From: Candidatus Eiseniibacteriota bacterium
GTDB taxonomy: Bacteria; Orphanbacterota; Orphanbacteria; Orphanbacterales; Orphanbacteraceae
NCBI GenBank assembly: GCA_029262235.1
Contig: JAJCZU010000004.1
Coordinates: forward strand, 771,330-835,329
Direction: 5' to 3'
DNA length: 64,000 nucleotides
Made by a program: the position numbers and the translations under genes. Below are positions 1 to 10,136 of the stretch, in pieces (the first letter of the stretch is position 1; every line of letters begins with the position of its first letter). The notes below the pieces were generated by a model. That model was not told the DNA's origin. It saw only the letters and a program-made list of their open reading frames with translations, and did no database searches.

Positions 1-1
1 C

Positions 2-487
2 GGTGCGCTGATCGCACAGCCGCGCGCGCCCTACAAGCCCGTGAAAGCCGGCGAGAAGCGCCTCGATCTTCGCCTCCGTCTCGCGACCGTGCTCTATATC
101 GAGGTGCCGCCGATCGAGCGGGGTGCCGATCTGATCGGCCTCGAGGTGCGCCCGAACCACGAGAACATCTGGTGCGTGTATCCGACATTCGTGAACGTCG
201 GAACGGGGCACCTGCGCATTTACGATTCGTTCACCGTGACGCCGAACACACTCGCGCCGAGCGATCCTGTCATCGCAATGCCGTTTGCCGAATCGGGGGT
301 CGTGCTTCCGGGACGCCATCGCACGATCGAGATTCCGATGCTCGGCGGCCTGGGGGCCGGCGAATATCGCCTTTTCTACCAGGCCGAAGCGGGGGAGGAT
401 CTGCCCGTGATGGAAGGGGAGACGATCTTTTACGTCCCCGATGGTCTGGAACCGCCCGTGACCGCGACAGCAGCGGGTGTGCGCTGA
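2..487 (+). CDS. Hypothetical protein, 5'-truncated. The reading frame is open to the window edge; the track shows a GTG-initiated ORF at 41.
   Basis: Protein-like composition in an ORF of 148+ aa; no stop codon upstream in frame. The opposing-strand ORFs are Arg-rich junk. Confidence 0.4.
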   Translation, partial: GALIAQPRAPYKPVKAGEKRLDLRLRLATVLYIEVPPIERGADLIGLEVRPNHENIWCVYPTFVNVGTGHLRIYDSFTVTPNTLAPSDPVIAMPFAESGVVLPGRHRTIEIPMLGGLGAGEYRLFYQAEAGEDLPVMEGETIFYVPDGLEPPVTATAAGVR

Positions 488-626
488 CAGAGCTCGAAAC
501 GCCTTCAATAATCCATCTCCTCGACACGCGTCCCGGGTTTGCCCCGCGGGCGCGTTTTCGTTTACGCTGACCTCAGTCAGGCTCGGCTGACCGCAGTCAG
601 GCTCGAATGATCAGAAAGGCGGTTCC

Positions 627-1013
627 ATGACGAACGACGAACATGCCGTGCCCCCCGTGATCGCGCTCGGAGAGAAACTCGCGCGCATGAGCGATCCGTG
701 GACGCCGAAAGTCGTCGCGCAGCTGAACGACTATCACTGCAAGCTCGCGAAGCTGGAGGGCGCGTTCGTCTGGCACAGCCATCCGGAAACCGATGAACTG
801 TTTCTCGTGGTCGAAGGCGAAATGGGAATCGCGTTTCGCGGCGACCGCACCGTGCGTCTTCGTCCGGGCGAAATGATCGTGGTGCCGGCCGGCATGGAGC
901 ACAAGCCGTTCGCCGAGACATCGTGCAGCGTGCTTCTGATCGAACCCGCGGGAACCGTGAACACGGGCGACACGGGCGGCGATCGCACGGCTCCGGCAGA
1001 CGACTGGATCTGA
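627..1013 (+). CDS. Cupin-domain protein
   Basis: 128 aa with cupin-like motifs ([17 protein letters not shown]...PAGMEHKP) and typical size. Confidence 0.6.
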   Translation: MTNDEHAVPPVIALGEKLARMSDPWTPKVVAQLNDYHCKLAKLEGAFVWHSHPETDELFLVVEGEMGIAFRGDRTVRLRPGEMIVVPAGMEHKPFAETSCSVLLIEPAGTVNTGDTGGDRTAPADDWI

Positions 1014-1041
1014 AGACACTCGGAACGGAAGGGGACGGAGC

Positions 1042-1467
1042 ATGAAGAAGATCATTCACGCGGTTCATGTGCACGCCGCTCCGGCGCGCGTCTATGGCGC
1101 ACTTACGACGGTGGAAGGGCTGGCGGGGTGGTGGTCGAAGAAGGTCACGGTGGAGCCGGGGGTAGGCGGGCTGGTCCGTTTCACGTTTGCGGGGGACTTT
1201 CATCCGCACATGAAGCAGACGGCGCTCGACACGAATCGCCGCGTTGCCTGGACGTGCGTCGACGGGCACGACAACTGGAGCGATAACACGTTTTCGTTCG
1301 CGCTGAACGAGCGCGACGGCGAGACGATGCTTCAGTTCGAACAGCAGTATGCGCGGGAACTCACGGACGAGGCCTACGGAATCTACAATTTCAACTGGGG
1401 CTACTATCTGTCGAGTTTGAAGGCGCTCTGCGAGCAGGGCGAAGGAACGCCGTTTACTCCCGCGTAG
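1042..1467 (+). CDS. SRPBCC / AHSA1 (activator of Hsp90 ATPase-like) domain protein
   Basis: 141 aa; 'VYGALTTVEGLAGWW' is characteristic of the AHSA1/SRPBCC family. Confidence 0.6.
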   Translation: MKKIIHAVHVHAAPARVYGALTTVEGLAGWWSKKVTVEPGVGGLVRFTFAGDFHPHMKQTALDTNRRVAWTCVDGHDNWSDNTFSFALNERDGETMLQFEQQYARELTDEAYGIYNFNWGYYLSSLKALCEQGEGTPFTPA

Positions 1468-1479
1468 ATCTCGTGCGAC

Positions 1480-3942
1480 TCAGCGTGACGTGAAGATCGT
1501 ACGCGTCACGGCGCGCTCCGGCTTCGTGACGGGGATGAGAAGCGTCTCCGGCTCGCCATCCATCGGAATCATCACGCGCACGTTCGTTTCCGGCACTTCA
1601 TAGCCGGGAACCGAAGTGCGGTCGATCACGATCGAATGCCCGCCCGGTGCAATGTCGGAGATCCGAAAACGGCCGTCGGACCACGTGATCGTGTCCGAAC
1701 CGTTGCTGGCCACGAGATGCACTTCCGGCATCCCCTCTTCCGCTTCGTCCCGCACGCCGTTCCTGTTCGCATCAAGGAACACGAGTCCCGTTACGGAACG
1801 ATTGAACCCGGTACGAAACGCGACGTCCACCGACTCGAACGCAGGTGCCGTGACGCGGCGCTCACTCTCTTCGAGCAGCGTGAGATCCGCGCGCAGCGTC
1901 TTGAGAGCAAGCCGGATTTCATGATCGCCGGCGGGGATGGCCTTGAACAGGTAGCGACCGTAGTCATCCGTGATCGCCCGCTTCTTCCCGCCGTTCAGCA
2001 GGATCTCTACACCCGGGATCGGGCGGTCGTCACCATCCATTACGCCGTTCATGTTCTGATCGAGATAAACCTGCCCCCCGATGTCGGCGATATGGCGCAC
2101 CGGTCGGGAGGGCGTGGGAGAGTGGGCGAGCGGCCCGTCCTTTTCGCCGAACTCGAAACGGCCCTTCATGTTGATGCGCGAGTCGACCGTGTACTGCCGT
2201 TCATGAACGACAACATCCGTGCGGTGGCTCTCGCCGAATCGATACCCGAGGCGAAAATTCAGGAGATAGTCTTTGCGCTCGGGATCGGTCTGGTCGTTCC
2301 AGCTCATGCCGGCCGTGAACTGCACGCGGCTCGAAAGGGAGCGCCCGACCGTGAGCGCGGCGGATGTGATTCCTTTCTGCGACCACGAAGCGCCGAGCGT
2401 GGTCATGCCGAGCGGCGTCGTCTGTGCGAGCCCGCCCGAGTAGGCGCGCGCGTTGTCGAGATTGCCGCGCCCCCGGGCCGAAACGTACCAGCTCCCCCGC
2501 AGCACGCCGCCGCGCAGGTCGAACAGGAACGTCTTGTCGTAGACACCGTCCGTCATGACTTCGTTGTACGCCGCGCTTGCCGTTTCGATGATCCCGGCGC
2601 CGAGATAGAACGAAACCTGCCCGTTGTTCACGACGCTCGCACCGGACAACGTGTCTACATCGTCGCGCACGATCTCGGTCCGGGATCCGTGCAGTGAGAC
2701 AAACGAAACGGGAGAGAGGCGTCCGCCGACCGAGTAGATCCGCGCACCGCGTTCGGGGAAACTCGTGGTCGGGATCTGGAACTCGCGTTCGTGATACGCG
2801 TAGCGCCCGTTCAGCTGGAGCGCGCGCCACGGAGTCAGCTCGATGCGTGATTCGGTGGCGAGGCGATCCGAGACACGCTCGCCCTGCGTGGCGAAGTGGC
2901 CGAGGCTGTTCTGCAGGCGGACCCAGCGTCGCGCGTACCTGTGCTGGGCGGCGACGAGCATTCCCCGTTTCGCGTCGTGGGTCCGGCCGCGTGCGACGGC
3001 GCCGAACGAAACGGCCTGGCCGGCCGGCGCGCCCGGCCGCGCGCCCCACGACCAGCTCGACGCGATGACATCGGTGTCGAAGTGAGGGCGCGTCAGTCGG
3101 CCCTCGCCTCCGGTCGCCCCGTCAGCCAGCTTCAAATACGTGAACGACAGTCGCTGTTCGCCGCGGCCCTTCGCGTAGTCCCAGCGCGCGCCGCGTCCCC
3201 CCGCGTTCAGCCAGGAGATTTCGCTCCCGACGCCGAGATCGCCCAGCGAGTACGCGTTGCCGGAACGATGCGCGTACGAGACGAGGAACGAGCGCAGGAC
3301 CGGGGACTCGCTCTCGGCCGCCTGCACGAACGAACGTGACCGGAGGCTCCCGCGCCCGGCGCGGGCGAGCGTTTCGACGTTCAGACCGCCGTCCGTGATG
3401 TGATCGTTCTGATACGCGTACGCGTTGTAGCGGACTTCTTTCATCCCGAATCTGCCGAGCTCCGAGACACCGGGAGTAAGCGTTGCGCGGCGACTGACGA
3501 GCGTGATCTCGTATTCGTCGGCGCTTACGTGAAGCTGTGCGTTGCAGAGCAGTCCGATCACCGTAATCGGCAGCACGAGATCGTCGGCGCCGGCACCCGC
3601 GGCGAGTCCGGGAGGAAGCGCGAGCGTCGGTTGATTCTCCCGTTCGAGTTCCCCGCTCACGGAGTGATAGCGGTGGGTGGTCCCTTCACGCGGGTCCGTG
3701 ACGGAGACCACCTGGCCGTCACCGTCGAACGTGAGGTCCAGGCCGAGGATCCGTGCGATCGGGGCAGCGGGGAGAAACCACTCGTCATCCCGCTTGTGCG
3801 GAACGCGGACGTCGAAGTGCGCCTCCTGGCCGTCGACCGTGACGGTCGGCGTGTCGGGGCGCGCCCAGGCGGGGCCCGGCGGCCCCTGCATGAGCAGGAT
3901 CGCGAGCGTAAGCCCTGAAATGTGCCGCAGTCGATGCATCAA
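1480..3942 (-). CDS. Large outer-membrane-type protein: signal peptide, beta-barrel-like middle region, and C-terminal tandem carboxypeptidase-regulatory-like / SdrD-B-like domains
   Basis: N-terminal signal peptide (LAILLMQGPPGPAWA). Alternating hydrophobic/aromatic beta-strand pattern with a Y/F-rich core. The C-terminal repeats 'VYLDQNMNGVMDGDD...GDHEI' and 'VFLDANRNGVRDEAE...GGHSI' resemble CarbopepD_reg/SdrD-B folds. Confidence 0.5.
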   Translation of the reverse strand: MMHRLRHISGLTLAILLMQGPPGPAWARPDTPTVTVDGQEAHFDVRVPHKRDDEWFLPAAPIARILGLDLTFDGDGQVVSVTDPREGTTHRYHSVSGELERENQPTLALPPGLAAGAGADDLVLPITVIGLLCNAQLHVSADEYEITLVSRRATLTPGVSELGRFGMKEVRYNAYAYQNDHITDGGLNVETLARAGRGSLRSRSFVQAAESESPVLRSFLVSYAHRSGNAYSLGDLGVGSEISWLNAGGRGARWDYAKGRGEQRLSFTYLKLADGATGGEGRLTRPHFDTDVIASSWSWGARPGAPAGQAVSFGAVARGRTHDAKRGMLVAAQHRYARRWVRLQNSLGHFATQGERVSDRLATESRIELTPWRALQLNGRYAYHEREFQIPTTSFPERGARIYSVGGRLSPVSFVSLHGSRTEIVRDDVDTLSGASVVNNGQVSFYLGAGIIETASAAYNEVMTDGVYDKTFLFDLRGGVLRGSWYVSARGRGNLDNARAYSGGLAQTTPLGMTTLGASWSQKGITSAALTVGRSLSSRVQFTAGMSWNDQTDPERKDYLLNFRLGYRFGESHRTDVVVHERQYTVDSRINMKGRFEFGEKDGPLAHSPTPSRPVRHIADIGGQVYLDQNMNGVMDGDDRPIPGVEILLNGGKKRAITDDYGRYLFKAIPAGDHEIRLALKTLRADLTLLEESERRVTAPAFESVDVAFRTGFNRSVTGLVFLDANRNGVRDEAEEGMPEVHLVASNGSDTITWSDGRFRISDIAPGGHSIVIDRTSVPGYEVPETNVRVMIPMDGEPETLLIPVTKPERAVTRTIFTSR

Positions 3943-4221
3943 ACGTGAATTCCCGTTTTACGCGGTTTTCGTCGATCCCCCGTGAATGTGCGGTCTGCAG
4001 AGCCGCCTGGAGGTCCTCTTCTACTAAATCGTTCGGAATCCGTGGGTTCTTGAGGGATTTCGGGGTTTTCGGTGGGCCTGGGTGGGAATGTAGGGGTTTT
4101 CCCGCTCATTCTTCCGAAGTCCTCGTCCCTCTCTTGCGGGAGATCGTCCCGGAGAGCAAAATAAAGGGGGCAAAGTTGCCAGCCGATGAAGTCGGTGCAG
4201 AAAGTAAAAAGGAGACCCGTC

Positions 4222-5055
4222 GTGAAAATCAGACCGAACGCGAAACCCATCCCGCCCTTCGGCTCGGGAAAGTCCGATCCCGCGAAAAAGACCGGAGAGA
4301 AGACGACGAAAACGCCGGTCGATCAGGCCGCCGATCTCGCGAAGACCGCGGCCGACGTGACGAAGTCGAAAACGAGCAGGCTCGGCAAGTTGATAGGGGG
4401 CGCGGCCGCGGGCGCCGCGGATGCCGCCGGAAAAGCGGCCCCCGCCGCCGGCACGGTTGCGGGCGCGGTCGCGGGTGTCGGCGCGGCGGCCTCCGGAGCC
4501 GCGGCCGCGGGAGTCGGTGGAGCTGCTTCTGCCGTCGCCGCCGGTGCGAGGGCCGGCGCGGCTGCAGGAGGGCGTTCGATGGCGATGTTGCAGACGATCG
4601 GTTCGCGGGCGGGCGGCGCCATGAGAGAGGGTCTCGCCGGCGTCATGCCGCGGATCGATCGTTTCCAGAACATCATGCAGCGCCACACCGAACTCGGGTA
4701 CCTCGTGCGCCTCGGCGGAAAGAACGATGACGAGAACGACGAGGAGATCAGGAAGGCCGCGCTCGGGCTCATGGAGCTCAAGGCAGGCGCGGGCGGCGCA
4801 TCGCCGGGACTGGCGGAGCTGATGGATCGTGTCAAGGATCTCGATCAGAACAGCCCCGCCGGGGAGTTCGCGAAGCAGCTCGAAGGTGCGGAAGAGTTGA
4901 TCGAGCAGGCTGGTCAGGAACTCGAAGAACTGGACACGCAGCTCGCACACGAACTGCAGACGGCGGCGTCGAAACTCACCGAGGCACAGACGCTGCACGG
5001 CGAAGTCAACAGGAAGTTCTCGGACGCCGTGGATCGCGTGATCGGAAACATCTGA
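4222..5055 (+). CDS. Ala/Gly-rich hypothetical protein (low-complexity N-terminal half, structured acidic coiled-coil-like C-terminal half)
   Basis: GTG at 4222 preceded by AAAAGGAGA about 8 nt upstream; the alternative ATG at 4186 has no good RBS. The C-terminal half is not low-complexity. Confidence 0.4.
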   Translation: MKIRPNAKPIPPFGSGKSDPAKKTGEKTTKTPVDQAADLAKTAADVTKSKTSRLGKLIGGAAAGAADAAGKAAPAAGTVAGAVAGVGAAASGAAAAGVGGAASAVAAGARAGAAAGGRSMAMLQTIGSRAGGAMREGLAGVMPRIDRFQNIMQRHTELGYLVRLGGKNDDENDEEIRKAALGLMELKAGAGGASPGLAELMDRVKDLDQNSPAGEFAKQLEGAEELIEQAGQELEELDTQLAHELQTAASKLTEAQTLHGEVNRKFSDAVDRVIGNI

Positions 5056-5086
5056 CCGGGGATCGGGAACCGCCCGGACGCGGGAT

Positions 5087-6775
5087 CTAGATCGATTTGA
5101 GAGACGAGGCGGTTGCCAGACGGGTGACCGCCTCGACTTCGCTCTGGAAGCGCTCGTCGTCCCAGCAGAGTTCGACGGCCATCAGGTTCGCACAGAGCAT
5201 GATTTCGTCGATTCCGGGGTCTTCTCCGGTGCCGAGGTCGGTGCGGCGCAGCAGAACATCGCTCAGCGTCATGGCCATCTCGTTTCGCACCGCGTGAATC
5301 ACCTGGGCGCCGATCGTTTCCGAGCGTCCGATGGTCGCGCCGAGTTCATCGTCCTCATCCAGGTAGCCGAGCACTTCGTGATAGCGCGTTCCGTAGTTAT
5401 GGACGAGCGATTCGACGACACGCGGGTGCAGACTGTCGGGTGCGATGCGAATCGCGTCCGCCAGATATTCAGTGAAGTTTTCGATTTCGCCCCCGATCAG
5501 CGGGCGCTTGTCGGTTTCGCAGCCGGGGTCTTTCCTGCCGAGCTTCTTGATCGCCCGTGTCACGGCGCGACTCGCCTCCCATCGCCCCGTCGTGTAACGA
5601 ACGCCGATGATCGTGAGCAGGTTTTCGATGCCGTCTTCTTTCGCATGATCGATCAGAGTGGAGCGATGCCCGTACTTGAGATTCTTCGCGCCGGGCGCGT
5701 TCTCCCCGAACGGCACGAGACCGCAGTTCACTTTGCTGACATCGGTCATCGAAAGATCGAGCACGGGAAGGGCGCGATTGATCTCGTCGATAAATCCCTG
5801 CAACTCGGAATGCGACACCTGGAACGGATGCTGGGATCCGGGATGCAGCTTGTGCCAGACGCCGATGAGCGTGTACTGGCGCCACGGCACGATGAACAGG
5901 TGACGCTCGCCGCGGCTCAGGATCGCCTCGGGGTCATGCGTGTCTCCCTGCACGGCCAGGGCGTGATCGCTTTCGAACAGCCGGCGTCCGATGACGAAGC
6001 ACGCGTCGCGCGAGTACTGGCGTTTCTGCCCGCGATGCGGATCGACGGCTTTCTGGAGCAGCGTTTCCGCGTACGGGCCCGCCGCGTTCACGAACATCTT
6101 TCCGCGAATCGTAAACTCGTCGCCCGACAGGCCGTCCTTTACGTCCACGCCGCTGATGGTTTTTCCGTCGTGATGAAAGCGAACGGCTTCGATGTAGTTG
6201 GCCACGTTCGCGCCGAGGCGCGCGGCGCTGTGAACGACCGAGAGTACGAGGCGCGTGGGGTTGTACATCTGCCCGTCGCAGAACACGGCCGCGCCCGAAT
6301 ACCGGTCGGCTTCGATGCCGGGAAAGAGAGACGCGAGTTCGCTGCGCCTGATCAGCCGGCCGTTCGGAATCTGCCGTTCGGGGGTTCGTATCCCGTGGTT
6401 CCTGCCCGTGGTCAGTAGATCGTAGAGTCCCATGCCGGTGCGGAGCGCAAGCTTGCCCTTCATGCCGAATCCGGAAGTCGGGATCGCGATCGGCAGGGGG
6501 TGTACGAGATGCGGCGCCATCCTGAGAAACGCGGCGCGCTCGGCGCTCGATCGCCGCAGCCGGGAGATGTCGAAGTGCTGCAGGTAGCGGATACCGCCGT
6601 GGATCATCTTGTAGGAGTGGGCGGACGTGGCGCCGCCGAAGTCGTCCCGCTCGATCAGCGCGACCGAGAGTCCGCGGATCGCGGCGTCGTAAGCCGCGCA
6701 TGCGCCGAAGATACCGGAGCCGACTACGACGAGGTCGAATTCCTGGTTCGCGAGAGCCTTCGTGTTGCGTTTCAT
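5087..6775 (-). CDS. glpD: FAD-dependent glycerol-3-phosphate dehydrogenase
   Basis: DLVVVGSGIFGACAAYDAAIRG dinucleotide-binding motif and GlpD/GlpA-family similarity throughout. No C-terminal Fe-S (BFD) Cys cluster, so GlpD-like rather than GlpA-like. ATG at 6775 overlaps the stop of the upstream GT4 gene (ATGA); the track's longer N-terminal extension is rejected. Confidence 0.8.
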   Translation of the reverse strand: MKRNTKALANQEFDLVVVGSGIFGACAAYDAAIRGLSVALIERDDFGGATSAHSYKMIHGGIRYLQHFDISRLRRSSAERAAFLRMAPHLVHPLPIAIPTSGFGMKGKLALRTGMGLYDLLTTGRNHGIRTPERQIPNGRLIRRSELASLFPGIEADRYSGAAVFCDGQMYNPTRLVLSVVHSAARLGANVANYIEAVRFHHDGKTISGVDVKDGLSGDEFTIRGKMFVNAAGPYAETLLQKAVDPHRGQKRQYSRDACFVIGRRLFESDHALAVQGDTHDPEAILSRGERHLFIVPWRQYTLIGVWHKLHPGSQHPFQVSHSELQGFIDEINRALPVLDLSMTDVSKVNCGLVPFGENAPGAKNLKYGHRSTLIDHAKEDGIENLLTIIGVRYTTGRWEASRAVTRAIKKLGRKDPGCETDKRPLIGGEIENFTEYLADAIRIAPDSLHPRVVESLVHNYGTRYHEVLGYLDEDDELGATIGRSETIGAQVIHAVRNEMAMTLSDVLLRRTDLGTGEDPGIDEIMLCANLMAVELCWDDERFQSEVEAVTRLATASSLKSI

Positions 6776-7926
6776 GTTCGTTTTCGGCGCTCTTCCTGAA
6801 AGATTTTCTCGTAACGCTCCGCGCAACGATCGATGTAATAGTCGCGCACGTGACGGCGGTTGAATCCGCCGCATTCGTGGAGCAGCGCGGGGTCACCCTT
6901 GTACTTCCGAATGGCCTCCAGGAACATTTCCTTACGGCCGAGCGGAATCAGCGACCCCGTTTTCCCCTCTTCCAGAAAATCGGCCTGTCCGCCGAAATCA
7001 TAACTGATAACAGGCAGCCCGAAGTGCATTGCCTCCAGATAGACGAGGCCGAAGCCCTCGTGTCGCGTGGTGGAAACGTAGAGATCGGACGCGGCAAGAT
7101 AAGCGGCTTTCTCTTCGTCGGTTACGTATCCCGTCAGTCGTACGCGATCGCGCAGTCCGCGCTTCTTTACGGTCTCCGCGAGCGACTCGCGCAGGGGACC
7201 ATCCCCCACAATCACGAGCAGATCGTTCGGATCGTTCGTCGATTCGACAAGATCGATCAGATCTTCGAGTCCTTTGCGGGGAATGAGCCGGCCGATCGTG
7301 ACCATGACGAATCTATCTTCGCCGATGTCGAGAGCATCGCGGTCGCGCGGAGGAATCGGCGTTTCGGGAATGCCGAGGGGAATGATGTCGATCGCGCGGT
7401 TCACATTGAAATACGTGCGCGCGTTTTCGGCCGTATTGCGTGACTGGGCGACCACGCGGTCGGCCCCGGAGAGCAGTTTCGTGATCGTGCCGCGCACGAG
7501 AGGAAGCCTGTGCGGGGAGAGGCGTTTCGTGGGGTCGAACAGATCGCCGCCGTGCACGCTGATGATATGCGGTACGCCGAGCTGGCGCGCGATGATGTCC
7601 GCGCTCGGCGAAGATGGCACGACGAAGTGTGAATTCACGATGTCGTACTTGTGTTCTTTCGCGAGGGCGCGGCCGCGGCGCAAACTGGCTGGGAAGTAGC
7701 TGAAGAGCGAACGGAACGTGGCCGTGCGGTCGTCCCTGCGGCCGAGGACGGGAACCCGGTGAATGACGAGATTGCCGTCGCGTTCGCATTCCGGGAGCCC
7801 GCGAAAGTGTGTGGTGACCACCGTGACCGAGTGCGTCTCGGCGAGTTTACGGAAGATCGCCCGGAAGACGACGCCTCCGCCTCCGCCGATCGGAGGGTAC
7901 TCATAGTTGAACGCGAGAATGTTCAA
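6772..7926 (-). CDS. Glycosyltransferase family 4 (GT-B fold)
   Basis: GT4 hallmarks: YPPIGGGG N-terminus and the EGFGLVYLEAMHFGLPVI (E-x7-E) motif. Likely TTG start at 7926 overlapping the epimerase stop (TTGA). The 196 aa upstream in the track ORF are Arg-rich junk. Confidence 0.75.
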   Translation of the reverse strand: MNILAFNYEYPPIGGGGGVVFRAIFRKLAETHSVTVVTTHFRGLPECERDGNLVIHRVPVLGRRDDRTATFRSLFSYFPASLRRGRALAKEHKYDIVNSHFVVPSSPSADIIARQLGVPHIISVHGGDLFDPTKRLSPHRLPLVRGTITKLLSGADRVVAQSRNTAENARTYFNVNRAIDIIPLGIPETPIPPRDRDALDIGEDRFVMVTIGRLIPRKGLEDLIDLVESTNDPNDLLVIVGDGPLRESLAETVKKRGLRDRVRLTGYVTDEEKAAYLAASDLYVSTTRHEGFGLVYLEAMHFGLPVISYDFGGQADFLEEGKTGSLIPLGRKEMFLEAIRKYKGDPALLHECGGFNRRHVRDYYIDRCAERYEKIFQEERRKRT

Positions 7927-8981
7927 AGCCAGCCCTGTTTCCGATACCCCTCGATGGTCAGGCAAATCCCCGCGCGAAGCGAAACGCGCGGCTCGAACCC
8001 CAGTTCCTGCCTGGCGCGCTCGATCGAGAAATGTTCGTCGTGCCGATAGAAGTCGAGCCTTCTCCGATAAAGCGGTGGCTGAATGCCGAAGGGTCTGCAA
8101 CTGAATTCGATGACCGTCGCCAGCAGATGCATCGCGGGCATCGGGATTCGCTGGAGAGAGCAGGAGGTGCCGAGTTCCTCCGCGAGGATCTGGACGAGAT
8201 CGACGAGCGGAACGGATTCGGCGCCGGCCACGTTGTAAACGCGCCCCACCGCTTCCGGTCTCTCCGCAACCAGCATCATAGCATCGTTCAAGTCGTCGAT
8301 ATAGACCAAGTGATGCTTGCCGCGGCCGTTCCCCACGAGCGGAAACCGCCCCTTCTGAATCATGCGGAACAGTTTCAGAAGCCGCCCGTCGCCGGCTCCG
8401 TACGCGGCGGCAGGCCGCACGGCTGTCACTTCCATGCCGCTTTCGCGACCGAACGCAAAAACGGCCTGCTCGGCCGCCCATTTGGACTTCTGATAGATGT
8501 CCTTCGGGCGGCACTCCGTCTCTTCATCCGTGACGCGCCCGTGGGAGTGTCCGATCACGCCGCTCGTGCTGCAGTAGACGAATCGCCGGACGCCCGCGTC
8601 CCGCGACCACGCCAGCAGACGCTTCGTGGCTTCGCAGTTGATTTCGAAGAAGTGGCTGTCGGGGACGTTCGCCTCGCGCATGGCGGCGGCGATATGAAAT
8701 ACGGTGTCGGCTCCCTCGAGCGCCGGCCGCATGATCGGCTCTTCGGCGAAGCTCCCGATGCGAAGGTCTACGCCCGCGCTCTGCAGCGTCGCGCCGTTTT
8801 GCGCTTCGAGCGGGGTGGCCTCGAGCGAAACGGCCGTGACCGGCATTGCGCGTGCGCGACAGGCCAGGGAGAGCGAGGATCCCAGGAAGCCGGTGCCGCC
8901 CGTGACGACTACTTTTGACAGACCGCACCTATCTTCTTCGTAAAGATCGTCGCGTGCTTTCCGTACAGCTTGTAAAGGCAT
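7923..8981 (-). CDS. NAD-dependent epimerase/dehydratase (SDR family)
   Basis: VVVTGGTGFLGSSL Rossmann motif, YxxxK region, epimerase-like length. First in-frame ATG (MPLQ...) is at 8981, which implies a 73-nt overlap with the upstream methyltransferase. The start is uncertain. Confidence 0.7.
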   Translation of the reverse strand: MPLQAVRKARDDLYEEDRCGLSKVVVTGGTGFLGSSLSLACRARAMPVTAVSLEATPLEAQNGATLQSAGVDLRIGSFAEEPIMRPALEGADTVFHIAAAMREANVPDSHFFEINCEATKRLLAWSRDAGVRRFVYCSTSGVIGHSHGRVTDEETECRPKDIYQKSKWAAEQAVFAFGRESGMEVTAVRPAAAYGAGDGRLLKLFRMIQKGRFPLVGNGRGKHHLVYIDDLNDAMMLVAERPEAVGRVYNVAGAESVPLVDLVQILAEELGTSCSLQRIPMPAMHLLATVIEFSCRPFGIQPPLYRRRLDFYRHDEHFSIERARQELGFEPRVSLRAGICLTIEGYRKQGWL

Positions 8982-9649
8982 CGGAATCCGAAATGAAGAA
9001 CCCCCGTGATCGCGATGGCGACGTAGTTCAGGGGATTCGAGTAGAACACGTAGAGATCGAGCGCGAACGGACGCGTCTCGCGGAATCCGCCGAGTTCGCC
9101 GTACTGCTTCAGGCTGTATTCCGAGACGAGATGGAAGTGATCGATGTTCTGGCCGACGGCATCGATGCTCACGATGGGATTGGATGCGTTCAGTCCGTAG
9201 ATGATCAGGTAGCCGCCCTGCGTCAGCGCGCGGTGGCACAGTTCGAGCCATTCGATGAGTTCGGGTTGCGCGAGGTGATTGACTTCCTGTTCGCAGACGA
9301 TGCAGTCGTACGTGTTTGCATGATTCTGCAGATGCGAGAAAGCGCGTTCGACCTGGCAGGGCAGGTTTCGCTTTTCCGCGTACGCGATCTTGTCGGGCGC
9401 GCTGTCGATGCCGAGCACGTTCGAATAGCCTTCTTCGATCAGCAGGTTCACGAGGTACCCGGGGCCGCAGCTGACCGCGAGAATCGACGCGCTTTTGTCG
9501 CGCGGCATGCGCGAGAGGATGTTGTGCCTGTAGTAGAGGCCGAAGGACCGGTATCCGGCGTCGATATCCCCCGGCGCCTGCCAGTAGGAGTCGAACGGTT
9601 CGAGCCGGGCGGACAGATGATCATCGCGAGTGGCCAAAGCCTGCCTCAT
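8909..9649 (-). CDS. Class I SAM-dependent methyltransferase
   Basis: 246 aa with an 'ILAVSCGPGYL' motif-I-like segment and 'DCIVC' (motif II). Confidence 0.65.
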   Translation of the reverse strand: MRQALATRDDHLSARLEPFDSYWQAPGDIDAGYRSFGLYYRHNILSRMPRDKSASILAVSCGPGYLVNLLIEEGYSNVLGIDSAPDKIAYAEKRNLPCQVERAFSHLQNHANTYDCIVCEQEVNHLAQPELIEWLELCHRALTQGGYLIIYGLNASNPIVSIDAVGQNIDHFHLVSEYSLKQYGELGGFRETRPFALDLYVFYSNPLNYVAIAITGVLHFGFRCLYKLYGKHATIFTKKIGAVCQK

Positions 9650-9716
9650 GGACTGGTTCCTCTGAAAGAAAGAGTACGACTAATATAGTAAACATCGGTC
9701 GAAACGATGACAAATG

Positions 9717-10103
9717 TTAGCCGGGATCGACGGACCTGTCCTTCAGGACGCCCAGCAGCAGAACGACCCACCCCGCGAGGAATAAAAGGCCCCCGAGAGG
9801 CGTGATTCGGCCGATTGAGCGGATTCCGGTCAGGGCGATCGTGTAGAGAGAGCCCGAAAAGAGAACGATTCCGGCGACGAAGAGGATGGCGACCAGGCGC
9901 CGCGTGCCGCCGGGCACCCACTGGTGCAATGCGAAAACGAGAAGGATGGCGAGGGCGTGGTACATCTGGTACCGTGCCCCTGTCTCGAATACGACCAGGC
10001 GTTCCGGCGGAATCGATCCGCGGAGCGCGTGCGCCCCGAACGCGCCTCCCATGACCGAAAGAAGCGCGAGTAGAGCGGCGATGGCGATGAATGTCCGTTC
10101 CAT
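9717..10103 (-). CDS. DUF423 family small membrane protein
   Basis: The C-terminal 128 aa of the track ORF (MERTFIAIAALLALL...) has 4 TM segments and DUF423-like sequence. The upstream 220 aa of the ORF are low-complexity and overlap the next gene. Confidence 0.55.
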   Translation of the reverse strand: MERTFIAIAALLALLSVMGGAFGAHALRGSIPPERLVVFETGARYQMYHALAILLVFALHQWVPGGTRRLVAILFVAGIVLFSGSLYTIALTGIRSIGRITPLGGLLFLAGWVVLLLGVLKDRSVDPG

Positions 10104-10136
10104 GATGCGCGAATCGTAGCACGGCGTGAGGGCCCA

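Noticed and set aside
3945-4730. 261-aa plus-strand ORF overlapping the start of the Ala/Gly-rich gene
   Set aside because: The Arg/Gly/Glu-rich repetitive translation (RGRGRRGCRR...) is the alternative frame of the same Ala/Gly-rich, GC-biased DNA. The 4222..5055 frame has an RBS and a structured C-terminal half.
1636-6896. ORFs 1636..2697 (+), 2201..3049 (-), 5294..6418 (+) and 5934..6896 (-)
   Set aside because: Out of frame with or antisense to the OM protein and glpD; compositionally degenerate.
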